This document shows positions 56,462 to 64,000 of a DNA stretch of 64,000 nucleotides, piece by piece (position 1 is the first letter of the stretch; each line of letters opens with the position of its first letter). A program made the position numbers and the translations under genes. Source of the stretch: Seison nebaliae (taxonomy: Eukaryota); NCBI GenBank assembly GCA_023231475.1, contig JALJEE010002282.1, positions 62,001 through 126,000 on the forward strand, in the 5' to 3' direction. Under the pieces are notes generated by a model. That model had not been told where the DNA came from. It ran no database searches and worked only from the letters and a program-made list of their open reading frames with translations.

Positions 56462-57286
56462 ATGAAAACCGGACTTATGATTCAGAAAGATGATACGTTG
56501 AATTGTGGTGAGTGCAAACGAAGTTTCCCCTTGCGAGATATAACTCTCTTCTTTCAACATAAAATCGAACAATGCCAAGAGAACAGTCCCGTCGACGAAG
56601 ATATCGAGGATACGGTGAAGAGTTGTATTTTGGCTTGTTCGAAATGTGAAAAAAAATTCCGTGACGCTCGTCGTTTATTGGAACATATTGAGTATCATCA
56701 CCATCAAAATATTTTTATTGATATATGTTGTCCCGAGAAGACGAAACATAGTCCGTCGACATTATGTTGTGGGAAAATTGAAATAGATGACGAAGAAAAT
56801 TCGAATGATATTAGTCAAACGAGTAATGGAATAAGTTTGATAGAGAAGAATCAGTTGAAGATGAATGAGAAAGATGTGAAACAGAATATTAAACGATTCC
56901 AATGTGATAAATGTGAATATGAAGCATTCCAACGGATCCATCTCAGGAAACATATTTCAACGAAACATACGAATTGTTTTACTAAATTATGTTTCTTCCA
57001 ATTATCATTTCTTTTCAGCCAAACCTTACAAATGTACCAATTGTCCTTATTCGACGGTAGAGAAGAGTCATTTACGTGTTCATTATCGTATACATACAGG
57101 TATAGATCATTCTTTCTTTCTCCTTCTACAGTCCATCTATAGGTGAACGTCCATTTAAATGCAATTATTGTCAATATCGAAGCGCTCAAAATGGAGCACT
57201 GAAAGTTCATTTTTACCTTAATTCATTTCAATCATTCTTTCTCCATTCAGAGTCATGTTAAACGGAAACATAAGGAAAAATTTTGA
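56462..57286 (+). CDS. Small BCL11-like zinc-finger protein, 4 exons
   Basis: DTLNCGECKRSFPLRDITLFFQHK...C resembles the BCL11 N-terminal CCHC finger; one spaced C2H2 and three tandem C2H2 fingers follow, including a TGERP linker. Confidence 0.7.
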
Positions 57287-57588
57287 AACCAGTTCTCTTC
57301 CTTCCTTCTTTCTTCTTCTAAATATTTTCCTTTTACAAGATTCATTCTACAATTAATTTTTAATTTTAGTTTCACCAATAAAGCGACATGTACAACATTA
57401 CTTCTTAATTTATAAGATGATTAAAACAAAATATTTTATTAAATATGTTTATTAAAAATATTAAGGATGAAAATTTTATTTTTTCGTTTTTCTACAAATA
57501 AAATTTTTAATTTCTCATAATTTCACTCGAATTTTAATAAAAAAACGGCAATTTCTAATAAATATGTCTGATAAATCATAAAAAGTTC

Positions 57589-60159
57589 TTATTCCATCCA
57601 TGGCGAATAATCGAATGGTTTCATTCTTGCACAACGTATCACTTTGTGTCTGTTCATTAAATAGTTGAGTTTAAAAAGAATCAGTGAGGGGACTACTAAC
57701 CCCGAGTCAGGAAGACGAAATGCTTTGGGTTGAATTTCTCTCATATTTTCTATGACATCACATAAAATCCTCGATAAGGATGTTTGTCTGATCGATGTCA
57801 ATTGATCTAAATAATTTTAAAATTAAAAATTTCAAAAATTCAAAAATTGAACTTCGGGAAAATGCTCCAGGGTGTATAGTCGGCGAATTTTCGTACCAAT
57901 AACGATCTCCTCTTTTTAAGCGATCGAATTGTTCGGCCAACAGACAACCAAATGTTATTCCAACGATACCATTCTTTCTCGGTTTCTCACCAAAACCACC
58001 AGTAACCAGATCGATATCATTAACATTTCTACATTAATCCATTTCACAGATGATGAATAATAAAAGAGTATATCCAACTTAAACAACGACTTCCATTTAC
58101 TGATGGTTTCAGACGAAATTGTTACAAAATTATTCTGCTTCAAGTCATCAAATGAATTTATAGTTTCCGTACGACCAAATATCATTTTCATACATCTCTT
58201 CCTCCAAAACACATAAGATTGAGCTCCAAAATCTCTTGTTCTCAATATGTCTAAAGAAGTTAAATCTTGTGCACTTGTAACTTTTCCATCTGAAAAATAG
58301 AAAATAAAGAATTAAGTGAATTTTTTAAAATTTAAATTAAACTTTGATCTGTTCGTTGAAATAAACGTGAATGAATAGCAATTGGAACTTCGTTATTCAT
58401 TCGAGATGCAGCATCAGCAATCATACCATGAGTATATCCGGAAATGCCACCACCATTCTTTTCACTAGAATGAAAAATTTAGATATAAATAAATTAATGT
58501 GAAAGATGAACTCGAATAATCCTTCCGAATTAAAATAATTCGCTCTCAATTCCTCAGTTTTCAATATTTTATATTTATCGTCTCTTATTGAAATTGTGTC
58601 ACGAATTTGTGCATGACCAAAACGAAAAGCCAAATTAAATTCGACGGCTAATCTTGGATCAATATTCGAATCATAACCACTGAAGAATCCGTTATCCAAA
58701 TAAGATTTTTGTGATGTCTCTTTCGCCTCCCAATCGGACAAATGACGGAAACTGTATAAATTGAAACTTTCCATCAACTCGTCTCCGATAGCGACAGAAA
58801 GATATTCGTTATAAATGACATGTTGAAATTCCGATATGGCGATATGTCGTGCTTCCTATCGTTCTAATGGTTAGAATGATAAAATGAGTACAGTTAACGG
58901 AAACTTCAAATATTCGTTCGTCTTCCCAAGAAGGATTTATTGCTGATAAAATTCGAGCACGTTCGTTATGTAATCTCATGAAAATTGTATGAGTTATCAT
59001 CAATAATTTATTCTCGTTGACACGAGGATCTCCCGCACGGAAACATTTCACTTTAGAATTGAAAGGACAATTGATTGAATTTGGAAGAAAATCTAATTGA
59101 CGAAATTGATCACCATTCGTCACTTCCAATAAGCCTAAAATAATTTTCAATAAATTTGAATTATCTCTCATAAAATCAACCGTTCTTAAACGATCTCAAC
59201 AAAGCCATTTCTTCCCTAGAATTACCATAGACTGTTGAAAGATCTATCCAAGAATTCGGTCCATTAATCGGTGTACGAAAACCAGGACATTCGTCCGATG
59301 TTGTGAAAGTTTTCTTTCTCGTTTGTTTTAGACATTCAGTGATGTTACTCAACCATTTATCATCCTCACTAATCGAAATACTTTGACACATACCTTCTTG
59401 TCTCTTCGAACAAGGACATGCTAAAAATGAAAAAATTTCCACAAATATTATGAAATAAAAATCATTGTATAAATTCCTGAACATAATTTAAGTTCATCAT
59501 CCGAAAAATTCGTTTAAATTTCAAATTATTAAATTATTGTATATTATATTGTTATATTTGTTAAATTAAATTGCGAATTTATTGTTGAAAATTATTAATA
59601 CGAACATGCTGATTCACTACCGCTAGCTTGTGTGAGATCGTGACTAAGAAATTGTCCAAAAACCATATGAAAATGATTAACTATTTTACTTTTAGTTAAG
59701 ACTGTGGGACGATTGGGATTTGGAGGAACGTTGAATGACTCTAAAGTTATTTTCCTGATATTGGGTAAGTCACCACCATTCTCAGACTTTTTATGCTCAG
59801 TCGATCTACCTGGAATATACATGTGGAAAATGATTATAATGTCAAAGTAGAATGAAAAAAACTTGACTCATAATTAACTTTGGCTAGTCGTAACATCGGC
59901 GATTTTCTTACTCCCCACCATTTATGATTAATATTATTGCACACACCTAATAGAGTACGAAACTTCGATCGAGTGGAACATTCGGAAGTTGCCGAAATAG
60001 CATCTCCAAGATCGTAATCACATGGTTCCGTATTTCTGTTAGAAAAAACGGATTTTGAAAATTGAAAAAATTATTTATTTTTAACTCAGTTCTCAAATCA
60101 ATTGCGAATAGTTGAGAGAGATTGATGAAAAGGAATATAGAAAATCTAAGAATTTCCAT
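57589..60159 (-). CDS. Secreted animal heme peroxidase (peroxidase-cyclooxygenase family), about 10 exons
   Basis: Signal peptide; FRTLLGVCNN, FGQFLSHD, IDLSTVYG, AGDPRVNEN, AFRFGH, RTRDFG and QFDRLKRGDRYWYEN. Confidence 0.92.
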
Positions 60160-60395
60160 ATCATCAAATATTTATGAGGGAGAATATGCCTCGTAGTATT
60201 CCATGATGAAAGGAAGATGTTTGGGGAGAACATTAACTAAATACTTTCACAATTCCATTAATTCCTGATGGTTCCATTGGGTGAAATCTGCTAAGTAAAT
60301 AAATGAATATTACAGCCTACGCTTCATGACTACCATATCTTTGCTTTGATCATCTTTACTTCAATCATCCATTCCAATTCAATAACATCAACACC

Positions 60396-60409
60396 GTTAC
60401 CATGGAGAC
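60396..60409. promoter_or_regulatory. X-box (RFX binding site) just upstream of IFT22
   Basis: GTTACCATGGAGAC fits the 14-bp imperfect palindrome bound by RFX; it ends 10 bp before the ATG of a ciliary gene. Confidence 0.7.
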
Positions 60410-60418
60410 GATAGAAAA

Positions 60419-61169
60419 ATGTCTGGTTCTCTGAAAATCTGTGTTCTAGGTCCAAAAGAAGTTCCATTTTTTTCATCAATTCATTTTAGATAATTTTTGT
60501 CTTGAACAGAGTGGCAAAACGACCTTATCAAATTTTCTGTATAATGACGAAGTGAACATCTCTCAGAACTATATTAAAACAGAAGGTGTTCGAATATTGG
60601 ACATCCATCAGAGATATTCGGAAATACAAAGTACTCCACTTCACATTAACATTTGGGATTGTAGTGGGAATAGTCCGAAGTGCTCTCATTTTATTCACTC
60701 TCCTCTTCTCTCTATTTGCCAATTGATCAGATATCAACGAGTATGGAATACATTCAAAAAGAATTGTAACGGAATTGTTTTCGTTTATAATCCCGAAAAT
60801 TCCACTCATGGTCAAGCGATGGATGATTAGTTCGATTTGATATCTATTCCATCTTTTCCCCTTTCTCTTTCTCTTTTTCATTTTAGTTATCGATATTTCG
60901 TCGAGAATAATAAAACGAATTCCCCCGAAATTTTAGTCGTCGCATATCGGAAAGAAGGGAAAATTAATGCCGCAACAAAACTATGTTAATTCTCTTTTAA
61001 TTTTTCTTTCTAATTTTCAAAAATTTTCTCCTGTAATTTCTATTAATTTTCAGCGAATAAATTTGCCAAGACCCAAATCACCAGTATCGATTTGAATGAT
61101 CGAATATCGATCAATGAATTTAAAGAAGCTTTCGTTTATTTTCTTGAAAAGATAGTGGAGAGGAAATAA
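60419..61169 (+). CDS. IFT22: Intraflagellar transport protein 22 (RABL5), 5 exons
   Basis: LKICVLGPKE|SGKTTLSNFL, TEGVRIL, IWDCSG and NGIVFVYNP; no NKxD or CaaX, as expected for IFT22. Confidence 0.85.
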
Positions 61170-61204
61170 ATAGATTACATGATCGATTAATTTATTAATA
61201 TTAA

Positions 61205-64000
61205 TTACTGTTTAATATCGATCGTTTGAAGACCGATCATTTTCAGGAAAGTTTTCTTAAATGAATTATTCTTCTTCGTCTTCTTCTTATTTTCTCGTTT
61301 GGGTTTTTCTGGTTTCAGTTCTTCTAACTCAATTCCATCAGCCAATGTATCATCTTCCGAATCATGTGGCACGGGCGTTATATTTGAAGCGTCGGTGCGA
61401 AATGATTTCACATCCCAAATCACATTCTTCCCACCAGATCGTACTGATGGTTCTGTTAAATCCTCTGAAATTCTTATAGTAGGATGAGCCTCCTCGAATG
61501 TCTGATGCGGTTTAAATGGATCTTCTGGAACTAGAACTGATCCAACACGTTCTCTTTTCTCACTCTTACTCAACGAGTTTCGAACTTTCGGTTTTGTTTG
61601 TTCGATCGAATTCATTTTGAATGCATTTTCATTCTTTTTCGTTTTCTCTTTTATAATTGCATTGTTTGCCTGATAGAGATGATAATTCATATTATCGTTT
61701 TGTTGAGATAAAGATCGTTGATAGATAGTGACTGTTGGGTTACTATTAATTCTGACATGATAGTCATCTTTTCTTTTCTTCTCACTTTCAATATCATTTA
61801 ATGGAATTGGAGAAAGTTTCCCTTCTCCATCGTTAGAGAATGATGTATTATCATAAGATCTCTTAATATTATCCATCGTTGGAATATCTACCGATTTCAT
61901 TTTTGATTCCATACTCTTCTTAATCAAAATCTTACTATCACGCTTCATATGTATCGATGAGTCATGGGAAGAACTCGAATAATCTTCTTCTTCTTCACTA
62001 TCAACCGTCTCAATTGACGTTTGTTCCATAGGAGACTACGAATAAAAAAGAATTAACAACAAATCAAAATTATTTGAAAATAAAGAAAAGAAGAACTTGG
62101 TTATCAAAAAATTTAGCTGGTAAAATTTTGGGAATGCTTCCAGCGAACGATGACTTTAATATTTGTTCGTGCTTTTCAATTTCTTTCCGAAGTTCAATCT
62201 CATTTTGCTCTTTCTCTTCCTGTAATTTTTTCGTTTCATTATATTTCCTGATTCCTTCTTCTGCCAATTTTTGAGCTTCCTGTTCTTCCAATATCAGTCT
62301 AGCTAATCTCCTCTCCTTCTCTAACTTAATCTGTTCCAATCGTAATTGTTCGTTCTCTATTTCTTCTTTCTCCTTTTCAATATGGTGCAATTCTCCCGGC
62401 AACATAATCTTCATATTTTTCGATGTTTCATTTGTCAATTCGATAGGTAATTCTGATGATCTATTATTCTCTTCAATTTCACTACTTTCTAACTGCCATG
62501 GATTATTTCCATTGATTGGAGAATAATCGATATGTTCAACTGATTCAATGAATCGAACTTGATGTTGAGTCGATTTATTCAATGGTTCTCTCTCAATTAC
62601 TTCAACTCGTTCCATAGTCGGTTGACGAGAGATTTGAATGACTTCTTCAATTTCATATTTTTCTTCATAAACATCTTCAACTAATTCGTCTTTTGGATAA
62701 TAATTGGTTTCCAATACGGTTTCCTCTGATTTAATATCTTCATTTTCCGAAATTATTTTTACAGATTCTATTTCCGTTTCTAGCACAGGCAATTCGTTTG
62801 AAATAGTTTTTCTAATGAAATCTTTTGGCATCGGATTTCTGAAATAATTTATTAATAATTATTTAAAATTTTCATTCAAATTATCCTTTTTCTGATAGTG
62901 AATTGAAGGATAACTTCTGATGAGAATTGATAGATTTGGAGAAATAACTAAAACGAGGTGGAGTTTCTGCACTCTTCGAATTATCTTTCATATCCTCGTC
63001 ATTAACTATTGAATGGAAATTAATAAAAATTTCTTTTAAACGACAGATGAACCATCATCTTGTAGAATGTATTTAATGACGACGGTACAATTATATAATT
63101 TCCGTAAATAATCCCAAACTGCCGTTCCTCTCATTCCATTCAATTGTTGTCCATTCACTGATACGAGAAAATCTCCCACTCTTCAAAAAATGATTTTTTA
63201 TTCGAAATAATTTTAAGACAATTTTTAAACTTCATGTGACCACTAGAGGCAATAATTCCATAATTCCTAGCACGAATAATCTGATAGAGATCATAAGTCT
63301 CATTAAATTCGACCTAAATATTCCATCATTAAATATCTAATTCGATAAAAAAAAAGTGAACTGATATACCTAATCCATAAGATGTCGATTCGTATTCCAC
63401 TACTCTCACTTTATCTTCCATTAGAACTGTTATCAATTTTAATAAGTCGTCTCTTATCTTATCACTCACTTCCTCCTCCACTTATTAATCGTCGTATGGT
63501 GTGAGAGTTGTGAAGGTAGAATAGTAGATAAACGTGTGGAAATAATGAATAAACTTCAATTTTTTTCTGTTCTAAAGAATTTTAATTCTCTATTTGTCAG
63601 TGGGTAAATAACAATGAATTATTTCCAGGCTGAAGGTCGTCAACTTTTCATCAACTTCAAATTCTTTTTATTTAACGAAACTTTCAACTCACAACCACAT
63701 TGAAAGTTGATGAAGGAAATAGATAATAATTATTCATCTTCATAACATTTACGAGCGTCGACAGGTGTCGGAACAAAAAATGGTAAAAATTCTTTTCTCG
63801 AATTCGACGCGGAAGAATTAGTGAATGGCTGAGAGGAACATACTGATGTAACAGATAAATTTGAATTCGATGAATTTTTCGTGGGCAAACCGACACAAGA
63901 TGTTCGTTTTGATGTGACGTTCAATGGCAGATTGGATTGATGTGATGGAATTGTAGTTCGATTCAATTTATTGAAAACATGATCCTGATCATCATCATCC
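61205..64000 (-). CDS. 3' part of a PDZ-domain protein with a long acidic/coiled-coil tail
   Basis: Spliced exons at ~63050-63420 read YGLGIS|VEF...SGHMK|VGDFLVSVNGQQL (PDZ); ORFs 62070..62831 and 61205..62029 follow. Confidence 0.7.

Noticed and set aside
1..64000. Stop-codon reassignment as the explanation for fragmented ORFs
   Set aside because: Breaks are explained by introns; TAA, TAG and TGA all end genes at plausible positions, and long exons have no internal stops.
1..64000. CRISPR arrays, rRNA, tRNA, snRNA or known miRNA genes
   Set aside because: No regular repeat-spacer array or recognisable RNA-gene motif seen by eye; a covariance-model scan is needed to exclude them.

Overview
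AT-rich, gene-dense animal DNA read with the standard code, with very short (mostly 40-60 nt) introns. It resembles a miniaturised invertebrate genome; a spiralian such as a seisonid rotifer is my guess, not provable from this window. Traceable genes, in order: pseudokinase-like (-), COUP-TF/NR2F-type nuclear receptor, coiled-coil protein, GDP-fucose transporter, M-Ras/R-Ras-like GTPase, aminoacylase-1, TRPA-type ankyrin channel, decayed Merlin/IS1595-type transposase, secreted lectin-like protein, serpin (plus a pseudogene copy), PTRH2 head-to-head with TRMT6, protocadherin behind a ~12 kb non-coding block, ABHD2-like hydrolase, miniature BCL11-like zinc finger, heme peroxidase, IFT22 with an X-box, and a PDZ protein. 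The strongest unusual signal is splicing: about 50 of ~55 hand-traced introns begin GTT, with no GTRAGT consensus, which suggests rewired 5' splice-site recognition. Secondary signals are an eh1-like motif ending a COUP-TF with a degenerate ligand-binding domain, several MITE-like foldbacks and two perfect 24-26 bp palindromes. Exon boundaries were traced by eye and are approximate.
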